From positions 7,676-71,675 of the forward strand of contig CAJXMD010000002.1 in NCBI GenBank assembly GCA_913056165.1: a stretch of DNA of 64,000 bases. The letters are read 5' to 3'. Both the position numbers and the translations under genes were made by a program. Within the stretch, counting starts at the first letter, position 1. Every line of letters begins with the position of its first letter. Of this stretch, positions 1 to 12,576 are shown piece by piece. The stretch is from an uncultured Halieaceae bacterium. Lineage in GTDB: Bacteria > Pseudomonadota > Gammaproteobacteria > Pseudomonadales > Halieaceae. The notes below the pieces were generated by a model. The model did no database searches. It worked only from the letters and a program-made list of their open reading frames with translations, and had not been told where the DNA came from.

Positions 1-566
1 ATGAGTCGGCTATCGGGTGTCTTCTGCGAGGCTCGTCGGCAGTTGGATTGGGAGTGTGAATCGGGGGGAGGGCGGTGGTTGGTCGCCAGCAGTCAATTAA
101 CTCAGTCAATGCTTGCGGAAGAAAATGGCACACCCTCTTTTAGCCGAATTGGAGGTGGGTGACCGGGTTTGAAATTGGGCTCGAGTCCCTAGGCCTTAGT
201 CCCGAGCCCTCTGACCAGTAGCTTCGAAGTTGGTTACCGCGCTTCCGGGAGCCCCATCATTCCCCTTTATCGGGTTCAGCCTTCGCTTATCGCTACCGGG
301 TGATGTGCATCAGCCAATTGCATACTCCTGAGTATGGGCTTGAGGAAGGACTCCGGGCCGAGCTTGGGCTTGGAGGGGCCTCAGATTCATGTTTTTGGGG
401 GTTCTTCGGTGAAGTTGCCGACAAAATGGGCGAAACCTAGACAAAACAGTGACGAATCGAAGGATTTTTGGGGAAATGCCGCATCCCGTTAGACAGCACG
501 GCCGGCTTGGTCCATTATCCGCAATCTTGCTGAAAACTGGCGGCTAAAATACGGGAACTCGACGAG

Positions 567-1013
567 ATGTCCGAAATATTAGTGCTTCATGGGCCCAACC
601 TGAATCTACTGGGCGACCGAGAACCCGAGGTGTACGGGTCTGAAACCCTTGAGGACATTAATAGCCGTTTAGGTGATCAGGCCGCGGCAGCAGGCGTGTC
701 CCTGCAGTGTGCACAAAGCAACGCGGAAAATGATCTCGTCGACTTGGTGCAGGGTGCAAAGAAGGCCAACACCCGCTTTATCATTATTAATCCCGCGGCG
801 TATACCCACACCAGTGTAGCCCTGCGCGATGCGTTGCTTGCAGTAGCCATTCCATTTATCGAAGTGCACTTATCCAATGTGCACGCCAGAGAGTCTTTCC
901 GGCAACACAGTTATTTTTCCGATGTGGCCGTTGGGGTGATATGCGGGTTGGGTAGTCGGGGTTATGACTACGCACTTGCCGCCGCCATCAACGCCATTCA
1001 ATCCGACACCTGA
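567..1013 (+). CDS. aroQ: Type II 3-dehydroquinate dehydratase
   Basis: [18 protein letters not shown], [16 protein letters not shown] and [11 protein letters not shown] motifs; classic aroQ-accB-accC order. Confidence 0.97.
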   Translation: MSEILVLHGPNLNLLGDREPEVYGSETLEDINSRLGDQAAAAGVSLQCAQSNAENDLVDLVQGAKKANTRFIIINPAAYTHTSVALRDALLAVAIPFIEVHLSNVHARESFRQHSYFSDVAVGVICGLGSRGYDYALAAAINAIQSDT

Positions 1014-1027
1014 ACGAGGAGCATGTC

Positions 1028-1498
1028 ATGGACATCCGCAAGGTGAAAAAACTCATTGAGCTACTCGAAGAGTCAAATATCGATGAGATTGAGATCCACG
1101 AAGGCGAGGAGTCGGTTCGCATTAGCCGCAATAAAAGCGGTGGTGCACCGGTGAATTACGTAGCGGCTCCCGCACCAGCGGCAAGTGCACCAGCCCCTGC
1201 GGCTTCGCCCACGCCTGCAAGTAGTGCCAGTGAACCTGCGGCCGCATCGGAGCCGGTATCCACTGATAACGCCGTGCTTTCGCCCATGGTTGGAACGTTT
1301 TATCGCTCCCCCAGCCCAGATGCGGCAGCTTTCGTTGAAGTGGGCCAGACGGTTCGAGTCGGCGACGTGCTGTGCATCGTTGAGGCCATGAAGATGATGA
1401 ATCAGATTGAGGCAGACCGGGCCGGCACGGTCACTGCGATTCATGTCGCTGACGGTGAGCCAGTGGAATTCGATCAACCCCTGATTACGATTGCCTGA
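1028..1498 (+). CDS. accB: Acetyl-CoA carboxylase biotin carboxyl carrier protein
   Basis: [13 protein letters not shown]-terminus, Ala/Pro linker, EAMKM biotinylation motif; GAGGAGG RBS. Confidence 0.98.
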   Translation: MDIRKVKKLIELLEESNIDEIEIHEGEESVRISRNKSGGAPVNYVAAPAPAASAPAPAASPTPASSASEPAAASEPVSTDNAVLSPMVGTFYRSPSPDAAAFVEVGQTVRVGDVLCIVEAMKMMNQIEADRAGTVTAIHVADGEPVEFDQPLITIA

Positions 1499-1512
1499 CA
1501 CCCTTCGGGGTG
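1499..1512 (+). other. Intercistronic hairpin with cUUCGg tetraloop between accB and accC
   Basis: CACCC-TTCG-GGGTG immediately after the accB stop codon; no U-tract. Confidence 0.45.
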
Positions 1513-1546
1513 ATCAAGGTATCGCCTCCCAACGAGGAATTGTTTG

Positions 1547-2893
1547 ATGTTAGAACGAGTACTGATCGCCAATCGTGGTGAAATAGCACTTCGTGTGTTG
1601 CGAGCTTGCAGGGAGCTGGGCATCGAGACGGTCGCCGTACACTCCACGGCTGATCGTGAATTGAAGCATGTCCGGCTTGCAGATCAAGCAGTTTGCATAG
1701 GCCCGCCGCCCTCGGCAAAGAGCTATCTCAATGTCCCTGCCATCATCAGTGTTGCAGAGGTCACTAATGCCGACGGTATCCACCCCGGCTATGGTTTCCT
1801 GTCGGAGAACGCGGACTTTGCAGAACAGGTCGAAAACAGCGGCTTTGTGTTTATTGGTCCCACGGCAGAGACGATTCGGTTGATGGGGGATAAGGTATCC
1901 GCCAAACAACAAATGACTCGCTCAGGCGTACCGACAGTACCCGGTTCCGAGGGTGCGATACCTGATGACCCGGATGAAATTCTGAAGATAGCTAGAGACA
2001 TTGGCTTCCCCGTGATCGTCAAGGCGGCCGCTGGGGGCGGCGGCCGTGGCATGCGTGTCGTTCACAACGAGGAGGTGCTACTCAGCTCGATCAAAGTCAC
2101 TCAGTCGGAAGCGCAGGCTGCCTTCGGTTCGCCGGTGGTGTACATGGAGAAGTTCCTCCAGCGGCCTCGCCATGTGGAGGTGCAGGTACTGGCTGATGGC
2201 CAGGGCAATGCGGTGCACTTGGGGGATCGTGATTGTTCGTTGCAGCGTCGGCATCAGAAGGTAATTGAGGAAGCGCCAGCGCCGGGCATCGATGACAAGC
2301 TGCGTCAGGAAATCGGTGAAGCCTGTGTTAAAGCCTGTATTGATATGGGGTACCGCGGCGCGGGGACCTTCGAATTTCTCTATGAGGATGGTGGCTTCTA
2401 CTTTATTGAAATGAATACCCGTGTTCAGGTGGAGCATCCAGTGACTGAGATGATCACCGGTATCGACATTGTCCGCGAACAGTTACTGATTGCCTCGGGT
2501 GAAAAACTTTCCTTCAAGCAAGAGGACATCAAATTCCACGGCCATGCCCTCGAGTGCCGTATTAATGCAGAAGACCCCCGCAACTTCTTGCCATCGCCCG
2601 GTACCATCAATACCTTTCACGCGCCGGGAGGCCCCGGGGTTCGTGTCGATTCCCACGTCTATAACGGCTATACCGTGCCCCCGCACTACGACAGTTTGAT
2701 TGGCAAGTTGATTACCCACGGTGACACCCGAACCGCTGCCCTCGCCAAAATGCGACAGGCACTCGACGAGCTTATTGTGGAGGGTATCCGGACCAATGCG
2801 GCACTCCACCGTGAGCTCGTGGTGGATACCTCCTTTATGGCCGGGGGCGTCAGTATTCATTACCTCGAGAGCAAGCTGGAACACGAGCATTGA
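1547..2893 (+). CDS. accC: Biotin carboxylase
   Basis: [34 protein letters not shown] motifs; ATG at 1547 with GAGGA RBS. Confidence 0.98.
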   Translation: MLERVLIANRGEIALRVLRACRELGIETVAVHSTADRELKHVRLADQAVCIGPPPSAKSYLNVPAIISVAEVTNADGIHPGYGFLSENADFAEQVENSGFVFIGPTAETIRLMGDKVSAKQQMTRSGVPTVPGSEGAIPDDPDEILKIARDIGFPVIVKAAAGGGGRGMRVVHNEEVLLSSIKVTQSEAQAAFGSPVVYMEKFLQRPRHVEVQVLADGQGNAVHLGDRDCSLQRRHQKVIEEAPAPGIDDKLRQEIGEACVKACIDMGYRGAGTFEFLYEDGGFYFIEMNTRVQVEHPVTEMITGIDIVREQLLIASGEKLSFKQEDIKFHGHALECRINAEDPRNFLPSPGTINTFHAPGGPGVRVDSHVYNGYTVPPHYDSLIGKLITHGDTRTAALAKMRQALDELIVEGIRTNAALHRELVVDTSFMAGGVSIHYLESKLEHEH

Positions 2894-3786
2894 GCCATCC
2901 CGGTTGGCAGGAGCTGACCTTTGAGACCACTCAACCCCGGGTCGAGGCCTTGGAGGACTGGCTTTTTGCGCAGGGGGCGGTCGCGGTCACCCTTGAAGAC
3001 AACGCCGATGAACCTTTGCTGGAACCGGGCCCCGGAGAGACGCCGCTGTGGCAGCAGGTGAAGGTTGTCGCTCTCTTCAACGAGGGGATAGATCTGGACC
3101 CAGTCATCGAGGCAGTTCCGGCTGAACTTATTGATACCGGAACTCCTGCGCCAGCGCACATTCCCGATCAGGACTGGGAGCGCGCATGGATGGATAACTT
3201 TCATCCCATGCAGATGGGTGAGCGGCTCTGGATCTGCCCGAGTTGGACCACCCCTCCGCAACCTGAGGCGGTCAACATCATCCTCGATCCCGGCTTGGCT
3301 TTTGGGACGGGCACTCACCCCACCACAGCCATGTGTCTGAGATCTCTGGATCGCTATATCACGACGGGTATGCAGGTGATCGACTTTGGTTGTGGCACCG
3401 GCATTCTTGCTATTGCTGCCCTTAAACTCGGCGCACAGCAGGCGCTGGCGGTGGATAACGACCCACAGGCGATCACCGCAACCAAGCAAAATGCGGAACG
3501 CAATCAGGTCGCTTCTGCACAACTGGAGATTGCTCTCCCCGAGGATGTGGCCTGGGCACCCATTCAGGAGAGCGCTGATATTGTCGTCGCCAATATTTTG
3601 GCGGGTCCGTTAGAGGCACTGGCCCCCCAGTTAAAAAGCCTGGTCAAATCAGGGGGTCGACTCATTCTTGCCGGTTTGTTGACTAATCAGGCAGAAAGCC
3701 TAATCGATGCCTACGCGCCCGAAATTGAACTCACGATCGAGCAGGAAATCGAAGGATGGGTATTGCTTGGTGGCAAGCGGTGCTGA
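2890..3786 (+). CDS. prmA: Ribosomal protein L11 methyltransferase
   Basis: [30 protein letters not shown] motifs; TTG start overlapping the accC stop. Confidence 0.96.
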   Translation: MSHPGWQELTFETTQPRVEALEDWLFAQGAVAVTLEDNADEPLLEPGPGETPLWQQVKVVALFNEGIDLDPVIEAVPAELIDTGTPAPAHIPDQDWERAWMDNFHPMQMGERLWICPSWTTPPQPEAVNIILDPGLAFGTGTHPTTAMCLRSLDRYITTGMQVIDFGCGTGILAIAALKLGAQQALAVDNDPQAITATKQNAERNQVASAQLEIALPEDVAWAPIQESADIVVANILAGPLEALAPQLKSLVKSGGRLILAGLLTNQAESLIDAYAPEIELTIEQEIEGWVLLGGKRC

Positions 3787-3804
3787 CCTCTTAGATTGTG
3801 ATCG

Positions 3805-4866
3805 TCAGCCCTGAGCAAGCAGTTCCCTGAGGTCGATAAGCGCGGCATTGGCTCGGGAGATGTAGTTCGCCATGACCAGCGAATGATTGGCCCACAAACC
3901 AAACCCGGACCCGTTCAGTATCATCGGGCTCCATAGGGTGTGCTGGGTCGCTTCAAGCTCGCGAATAATCTGTCGCAAGCTGACGCCGGCGTTCTTTTTA
4001 TCGAGGACGTCAGCAAAATCAATCTCCGCCGCTTTCAGGAAATGAATCAGCGCCCAGGCAGCACCGCGGGTCTCATAGAAAACGTCGTCGATTTCGCTCC
4101 AGGGTGTTTGGACATCTATTTCCAGTGCATCGGCGGTCGATGCCGCAGCGACAGGATCTCCCGCCAAGTCTGTGTTAATACGCCGCTGTCCGACGCTCGC
4201 TGACAAACGTTGAGACAGACTGCCGAGTCGTTTCTCCACCATACTTAACCAGTAGCTCAGGTTGTCAGCACGAGCATAGAACTGAGCGCCCCCCTCATTT
4301 TTGACAGGAAGTCGGACGATGTAGGCTTGAAGGTAGCGAAGGGCGGCTCGGTACTCTCGCTCGGTCGACGGCAGTACCCAGCTGTTTGACTGAAAGTTGA
4401 TTCGCGGTTCGGCGAGAGTCAGGTCCACATCTTCCTTGGACTGGGACTGGGACCGGCTTAATACTTCCCGTAATGCTCTCGCAAGGTCCCTGGATTGGAT
4501 CAGCGCGCCGTATTCCCAGTTTGGCATGTTGTCGAGAAACACGCCGGGCGGAAAAATATCATTGTGCAGGTAACCCCCCGTTTTTGACAGCAGGGTATCG
4601 ATAACACCAATAAGTGAAGCAGTGGTCGCAGTCCCTCGAACTACCGGCTGATTTTTTCGGGCTGCTTGAGCTTCTGCCTGTTGTCGGACGTCAAAGAGAT
4701 CGGGTTCAATACTCCACCACATCCCGACGCCACTGAGAATCAGCGCAAGCACAAGCACTGCGCCGCCAACCGCTCTCAAGGGGACTCTGCCCTCTCGTAG
4801 ACCCGTTAATAACAGAGTGTCCCTGAGTTGTTGAACGAAACTTCCTGTCTTATCGCTCAATGCCAT
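3805..4866 (-). CDS. DUF2333-like membrane-anchored protein
   Basis: N-terminal TM helix; LLSKTGGYLHND..PPG..LDNMPNWEYG and NHSLVMANYISRANAA match my recollection of DUF2333. Confidence 0.8.
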   Translation of the reverse strand: MALSDKTGSFVQQLRDTLLLTGLREGRVPLRAVGGAVLVLALILSGVGMWWSIEPDLFDVRQQAEAQAARKNQPVVRGTATTASLIGVIDTLLSKTGGYLHNDIFPPGVFLDNMPNWEYGALIQSRDLARALREVLSRSQSQSKEDVDLTLAEPRINFQSNSWVLPSTEREYRAALRYLQAYIVRLPVKNEGGAQFYARADNLSYWLSMVEKRLGSLSQRLSASVGQRRINTDLAGDPVAAASTADALEIDVQTPWSEIDDVFYETRGAAWALIHFLKAAEIDFADVLDKKNAGVSLRQIIRELEATQHTLWSPMILNGSGFGLWANHSLVMANYISRANAALIDLRELLAQG

Positions 4867-4887
4867 ACCGAGGCGCTCCTTGCTCTC

Positions 4888-5385
4888 TTAATGGGCGTGA
4901 TGATGATGCATATCCATTGCGGCCGGGGCCTGTCTAACGACGGGCGCCTCCACACATGTCTCTTCGGCACCGGTTTGAACACAGAGGGCTACGTCTGAGC
5001 CTTCGCTCGGCATGGCGGCCACGCCCATGATCATCAGGTGGGCCCCGCCGGGTGTCAGGGTGAGGGACTCTCCGGCCTCGAGGGTGAGATTTTCCATGGG
5101 CTGCATGCGCACGGCGTCATCAACCGTGACGGTCTCGTGGAACTCAACCTTATCCGCGAAGGTCACGCTAGCACCGAGGATCGTAGTAGGCTCACCGCTA
5201 TTGTTAGTTATTTTTCCGTAGCCGGCGGTCATGGGTTGGCCGGGAGGCATTGCCCGTATCCACAAGCCCTCAAGATCTAACTGGGCCTGAGCCGATAGGG
5301 CGATGCCTGCACCCAAAGTGATACCCAATAGCCAGCTCAGGACGCTGCTGGGAGTAGTGCTGACTTTTGGGTTTGAGCAAGACAT
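4888..5385 (-). CDS. Periplasmic copper chaperone PCu(A)C
   Basis: Signal peptide, WIRAMPPG, H-x10-M...PGGAHLM copper motif, Met/His-rich C-terminal tail. Confidence 0.9.
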   Translation of the reverse strand: MSCSNPKVSTTPSSVLSWLLGITLGAGIALSAQAQLDLEGLWIRAMPPGQPMTAGYGKITNNSGEPTTILGASVTFADKVEFHETVTVDDAVRMQPMENLTLEAGESLTLTPGGAHLMIMGVAAMPSEGSDVALCVQTGAEETCVEAPVVRQAPAAMDMHHHHAH

Positions 5386-5457
5386 AACATTTCCATTTTC
5401 AATCGGTATTGGTTGAGCGAAGCGCGTTCGGTCGAGCCCCGAACTGGCAAAGGTGTC

Positions 5458-7227
5458 TCAGGAACCCCCTGCCACGCGGTCCAGCGCTTCTCGCATCATA
5501 GCAGTCGTGAGCAATTGGGGCAGGATAAAGGGGTCGCCTTTTCCGACCGCTGGGTACATCACGTAGAGGGGAATGCCATTGCGGCGGTGACTCCGCACAA
5601 ATTTCCCAATGTCTTCATCGTAGTCGGTCCAGTCAGCGACCATGTAAATCACGCCGCTGGCTTGAAACTCTGCGGTCATCTCTTTAGTGAAGAGAACGGC
5701 CTGTTCATTGGCGATGCAGGTAATGCACCAGTCCGCGGTGACATCGACAAACACTGGCGTGCCGGCATTTCTTAACTCGGCCAATGCTGCGGGTGACCAG
5801 GCCACCGTGCCCTCGCGCAAATCAGTGTCGGCGTTTGTATCTTGACCGCGAATGGTGGCCAATCCAAGGGCCAGCGCGATACTCGTAATGGCAAAGGTTT
5901 TTCGAAGCGCCGATCCGCGGTAAAGCCACAGGCCCAGGGCCAGCAGGACCAATCCTGCGAGCGCTGCGGCCATGGTATCCACACCACTCTGCTTACCCGC
6001 GACCCACAGCAACCACACCGCGGTGGCGTAGAGGGGAAAGGCCAGCACCTCTTTGAGGGTTTCCATCCAGGGACCCGGTTTCGGCAGGGCTTCACGGGCA
6101 AGATGGCTGTAGCTCAGCAACACCATGGGCGCTGCCATCCCCACACCGAGGGCCACAAACACCAGAAGCGCAATGGTCGTGGGTTGAGTCAGTGCAAAGC
6201 CCAGAGCGCTCCCCATAAACGGTGCGGTACAGGGACTTGCTACCACCACTGCCAGCACCCCAGTAAAAAAGCTGCTGCGGGCACCCTGTCCGCTGGTAAG
6301 GGCATTGCCCACATTCATCAACCCCGAGCCCAGCTGCACCACCCCCGATAGCCCCAGTCCCATGGCAGTGAAGAGATAGGCGAGGGCGATGACAAAGCCC
6401 GTGGACTGCAGTTGAAATCCCCATCCGATCAGTTGCCCCATGGATTGGAGGCTGATCAGCGCGACGGCAATACCCACAAAACTCGCGACCACCCCCGTCA
6501 GGTACCACCAGGCATGACGGTGCTGGGAGGCTGAGTCACCGGTGGCAAAGCTCAGGACCTTTAATGACAGGATTGGGAAAACGCAGGGCATCGCGTTCAA
6601 GATGACGCCACCGAGAAAAGCGAAGACAAGGGCGCTCAGCAGGGTGATGCTATTAACGGGGTCCCCTAGTGGTTGTGAGTCCTCATCGACTGTAGGGGAC
6701 GCCGGGTTTGCGTCAATCTCGGGTTCGCCAGGATTTATTGGTCCGGTCGCGCCATCGACACTAAAGACTTCGGTGTGGGGTGGGTAGCACAGACCCGCAT
6801 CGGCACATCCCTGGGATGTGACCGCAAGTCGGGTCAAGCCGAAAGGTCGATCCGCAGATACGCGCAGATCGGCGTAATCGTAGTAGACCTCCACGTCCCC
6901 AAAAAACTCATCAGTTTTTGCCAGTGCGGGGGAGTAGCTCAGCTCAGTCCCTATTTCCCCCTGAGCATCAGCCATGGTGACTTTGAAGCGGTGTTGATAT
7001 AGATAGTAACCGGGCTCTATCTGCCAGTAGAGGCGGAGGGTGGTGGCGTCGACTTGTTCGATCTCAAGATGATAGGCCTGCTCGACAGGCAGAAATTCAT
7101 TGGATTCCTGCACCAGTGCGCTGAGCCCCTGCCCCAGCGCAGTGAACGACCCGAACAGTCCCGCAACCGCGAGAAGCAGTGCCAAAGTGGAGCGGCGTAG
7201 TGCCGCGACGGGGGAACTGTAGACCAT
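5458..7227 (-). CDS. dsbD: Thiol:disulfide interchange protein DsbD family
   Basis: N-terminal domain QGCADAGLCYPP, TM domain MPCVFP/ASPCTAP, thioredoxin ADWCITC. Confidence 0.9.
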   Translation of the reverse strand: MVYSSPVAALRRSTLALLLAVAGLFGSFTALGQGLSALVQESNEFLPVEQAYHLEIEQVDATTLRLYWQIEPGYYLYQHRFKVTMADAQGEIGTELSYSPALAKTDEFFGDVEVYYDYADLRVSADRPFGLTRLAVTSQGCADAGLCYPPHTEVFSVDGATGPINPGEPEIDANPASPTVDEDSQPLGDPVNSITLLSALVFAFLGGVILNAMPCVFPILSLKVLSFATGDSASQHRHAWWYLTGVVASFVGIAVALISLQSMGQLIGWGFQLQSTGFVIALAYLFTAMGLGLSGVVQLGSGLMNVGNALTSGQGARSSFFTGVLAVVVASPCTAPFMGSALGFALTQPTTIALLVFVALGVGMAAPMVLLSYSHLAREALPKPGPWMETLKEVLAFPLYATAVWLLWVAGKQSGVDTMAAALAGLVLLALGLWLYRGSALRKTFAITSIALALGLATIRGQDTNADTDLREGTVAWSPAALAELRNAGTPVFVDVTADWCITCIANEQAVLFTKEMTAEFQASGVIYMVADWTDYDEDIGKFVRSHRRNGIPLYVMYPAVGKGDPFILPQLLTTAMMREALDRVAGGS

Positions 7228-7232
7228 GGGTA

Positions 7233-7595
7233 CTAATCGGTATTGCGATACCGAAGACGAGTACCGTGATCGAGTGACAAACGAATCTCCTCGGGGCTCA
7301 ACTCGCTGGGGAAATAAACCCCGGATACTTTGGCATCCATCAAGCTTGCGCCTTCAAGGTTTGTCTCCCGGAAATCAATGCCGGAGAGATCGGCGTTTCG
7401 GAAGTAGGCATCCGCAAAGTTCAGGCCTCTGGCATTCATCTTCCGAAGATCTCGGCCCCGGTAGTCGCCGTTTTTGAGGTGGCTGGTATCCATGCTGTCG
7501 CGATTGGCATTGAAGGCATCCACGTCCTCATGCCTCAGCATCTGGTAAAGCGGGTCGGTTTTGACCGCGGGTTTGATGTCCTGTTCAGTGCTCAT
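7233..7595 (-). CDS. Pentapeptide-repeat protein
   Basis: Repeats such as ADAYF-RNADL-SGIDF-RETNL-EGASL. Confidence 0.85.
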   Translation of the reverse strand: MSTEQDIKPAVKTDPLYQMLRHEDVDAFNANRDSMDTSHLKNGDYRGRDLRKMNARGLNFADAYFRNADLSGIDFRETNLEGASLMDAKVSGVYFPSELSPEEIRLSLDHGTRLRYRNTD

Positions 7596-7651
7596 GATTG
7601 ATCACCTGTTATGGTCGTAATGTATCTACGTAGATTTCTGGCCATCACGCT

Positions 7652-8653
7652 TCAATCACCAAAAAACGCGTGACGAAGGGATCGGTATTCGTCGGGCTTC
7701 AGCCGCGGGCCGAAGTATTTTACTACTTCACCCGCCGCTCGTACTGCAAACTGGGCGGCGCGCTCGTAATTCTCGCCTCGAGAGAGCCCGTACAAAAATG
7801 CCCCCGCAAACATATCCCCGGCACCGTTGGTGTTCACAGCCTCGACCGCGTGTGCCGGGACCTCGACCGACTTGTCGCCATCGAAAGCAAGGACCCCATC
7901 AGCGCCGCGGGTGATGACAAAGCTGCGGGCGACTTGTTTGATCGTTTCTGCGGCGTCAGCCAGGTTATCGGTTTCCGCCCACTCCAAGGCCTCCGCCTCA
8001 TTGCAAAACACCAGATCAACTCGCTCGCCGACCAGCTGTTTCATGTTGTCGCGAAAGAACTGGACCATGCCCGGGTCGGAGAAGCTTACCGATGTTTTGA
8101 CGCCGTTGGCTTCGGCAACAGCTCGGGTGTGTAGCGCCGCCGCCAGTCCGGTGGGTGAGCTGACCAAATAGCCCTCGAGGTAAACCCACTCAGATTCAAC
8201 AATGGCGCTATCGTCGACTTCATTGACTGACAGTGTTTCCGATACCCCAAGAAACGTGTTCATGCTGCGCTCGGCGTCGGGGGTAATGAGGACCAGGCAC
8301 TTACCGGTGGTCCCTGCGCCCCGGTTGTCAGCGAGGCAGTGGGCAACCCCGGAGGCTTCCAGATCGGCGAGATAGATATCCCCATCCGCATCGGCAGCGA
8401 CCTTACAGCTCATAAACGTGGGCGCGCCAAATAGGGCGGTCGCAATCATACTGTTACCGGCACTGCCTCCTGAAGCGTGACTGGCGCGAATCAAGTGCCC
8501 TTCCAAATGCCCCAGCAGTTCCTCCTGACGGGCTTCATCCACCAGCGTCATCATGCCCTTTTCTACTTTCATGTCACCAAGCTCGGCATCCGAGACCTGA
8601 ATTTCGGTGTCGACGAGGGCGGCACCGATGGCATAGGCGGCGTATTTCTTCAC
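7652..8653 (-). CDS. PfkB-family (adenosine kinase-like) kinase
   Basis: GGSAGN, FCNEAEA, NTNGAGDMFAGAFL PfkB signatures; GTG start. Confidence 0.88.
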   Translation of the reverse strand: MKKYAAYAIGAALVDTEIQVSDAELGDMKVEKGMMTLVDEARQEELLGHLEGHLIRASHASGGSAGNSMIATALFGAPTFMSCKVAADADGDIYLADLEASGVAHCLADNRGAGTTGKCLVLITPDAERSMNTFLGVSETLSVNEVDDSAIVESEWVYLEGYLVSSPTGLAAALHTRAVAEANGVKTSVSFSDPGMVQFFRDNMKQLVGERVDLVFCNEAEALEWAETDNLADAAETIKQVARSFVITRGADGVLAFDGDKSVEVPAHAVEAVNTNGAGDMFAGAFLYGLSRGENYERAAQFAVRAAGEVVKYFGPRLKPDEYRSLRHAFFGD

Positions 8654-8715
8654 GCGGGGAGTCCTTCTACTGACGTGGGAGAAGTCGAATGATACCCGAA
8701 TCCAGCGGCGAGGGA

Positions 8716-8736
8716 TTTACGTTTACGTTACATAAT
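8716..8736. promoter_or_regulatory. Candidate LiuR-type (MerR family) operator abutting a -10-like CATAAT
   Basis: TTTACGTTTACGTTAC vs recalled consensus TTTACGTwwACGTAAA (2 mismatches), in a divergent intergenic region. Confidence 0.4.
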
Positions 8737-8827
8737 GCTGTCCGCTCCCAAGCCATGTAGACTGCCCTCCCGCCGGTGACAGGCAAAGACCCGTAATCTC
8801 AAGGTTCACTATGATAGAGGACGCTTA

Positions 8828-9409
8828 GTGCTAGCCAATGACATCATTCCCCACCTTCGGGATTTCCAGCGACCGGAACTCAATCAGGGTTCAACTGATC
8901 GTAAGGCGGCCGTGGCAATTGCCCTTCACGAGGGTAGCGGTGGAGTCGAGATGCTCATGATCAAACGCGCGGTGCGGGAAGGCGATCCCTGGTCGGGTCA
9001 TATGGGCTTTCCCGGCGGCCGGCGGGATCCCGATGATGCGAGCTGTCTGGCTTGCGCTATCCGCGAGACCCGTGAAGAGATCGGTCTCGATCTGGATGAA
9101 CATGCTTCGCTGCTTTGTGAACTGAGTGACGTTAATACCGGCTGGCGCCCGGATCGCCCCGAGATGCTTATCGCGCCCTACGTATACTGGCTGGAGAGAA
9201 TGCCATCGCTCACGCTAAATCATGAGGTGGATGATGTGGTGTGGGTGCCCATGGCTTTTCTACGAGATGCCAGCAACCGACAGGCTCTCAAATGGGAATG
9301 GCGGGGTCGGGCGATCGAGTCCGATGCCTACTACTATCAGGACAATCAAATCTGGGGGCTGTCCTTGATGATGATCGACGAACTGCTGAGCATTTTGCCC
9401 AAATCTTAG
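8828..9409 (+). CDS. Nudix CoA pyrophosphatase-like hydrolase
   Basis: AAVAI, DPWSGHMGFPGGRRD and AIRETREEIG Nudix box, IWGLS. Confidence 0.88.
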   Translation: MLANDIIPHLRDFQRPELNQGSTDRKAAVAIALHEGSGGVEMLMIKRAVREGDPWSGHMGFPGGRRDPDDASCLACAIRETREEIGLDLDEHASLLCELSDVNTGWRPDRPEMLIAPYVYWLERMPSLTLNHEVDDVVWVPMAFLRDASNRQALKWEWRGRAIESDAYYYQDNQIWGLSLMMIDELLSILPKS

Positions 9410-9420
9410 CTGTCCAAGGC

Positions 9421-10098
9421 TTAGTCTCCCAGATAGGGGTCCTGACCCCGCAAAAAGCTTTTGGTATCGAGCAGAAGCTCACGCGCGGCGGGGTCTTCCC
9501 GAGAAGCTTTCTGCAAACTCTCGATGGAGAGACTGCCATCAAGGTAGCTGGTGATGAGATCAATCACCACGGGATTCATCTTGGGATCGTAGGCCCAGCG
9601 CGGCATGTCGGGCAACAGATTGCCTGTGGCGGTATTGCCGTAGACCTCGAGAAAGTAGCCGCCGCAGGCAGATAAGGCGTAGTCACCAACCCGGCCAAAG
9701 CTCTGATTGGGGGTTGAGGGATCAAACCCTCCCTCGGGCAGGTCGCTGATCTTTTCAAGCGCCAGCATCCAGCGGCTTCCCGGGGTAAAACCATCAGGTG
9801 GTGGCCGGCAGTAGTCTCCGGTCTTGGTCCATACCCGGATGTCAGTGAGCCAGTCGGGCCCGCGCGAGATTTCCTCAATGCTCATGTCCACCGCATTGCC
9901 CCGAACGGCAGCGACTTCACCCACGACCACGAGATCGGAGGTGGGTGCCACGTCGGTGAAGCTGCCTTGCCAGAGACACTCACAGGATTCTGGTGCTTCG
10001 TTGGCGACAACGTCAACCGAGGGTGCTGCAAGGGCAAGGCCCGTGAAGAGCGTTAATACGATGTAAAGACGAAAACACCTCCGCAAGTTCGTTTCCAT
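9421..10098 (-). CDS. Exported hypothetical protein, TIMP/NTR-like Cys pattern
   Basis: Signal peptide then SCEC..SDLVVVGEV, C-x6-F-x2-G-x2-W and SACG; probable start ATG 10098 (ORF track 10197). Confidence 0.7.
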   Translation of the reverse strand: METNLRRCFRLYIVLTLFTGLALAAPSVDVVANEAPESCECLWQGSFTDVAPTSDLVVVGEVAAVRGNAVDMSIEEISRGPDWLTDIRVWTKTGDYCRPPPDGFTPGSRWMLALEKISDLPEGGFDPSTPNQSFGRVGDYALSACGGYFLEVYGNTATGNLLPDMPRWAYDPKMNPVVIDLITSYLDGSLSIESLQKASREDPAARELLLDTKSFLRGQDPYLGD

Positions 10099-10203
10099 TG
10101 GTGTCGTCTCCAGTGGCTCTGTGTGCCGCGTATCGGTCTGCCGAGGGCACTGTTGCAGAGAGTCAGGCTGCCGGCTTGATGAGAAGGAACCCGCCACGGG
10201 GTG

Positions 10204-12499
<2,296 letters not shown>

Positions 12500-12576
12500 G
12501 TCGCGCTTGCTCTTGGTCTAAGGGTGTAACAGTCAAAGGGTGAACAGTGGCCCCATTATCGCAGGGCTTTAGCCGC

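Noticed and set aside
340-362. RNase P RNA-like GAGGAAGGACTCCGGGC
   Set aside because: Only loosely resembles GAGGAAAGUCCGGGC, and the other universally conserved RNase P segments were not found.
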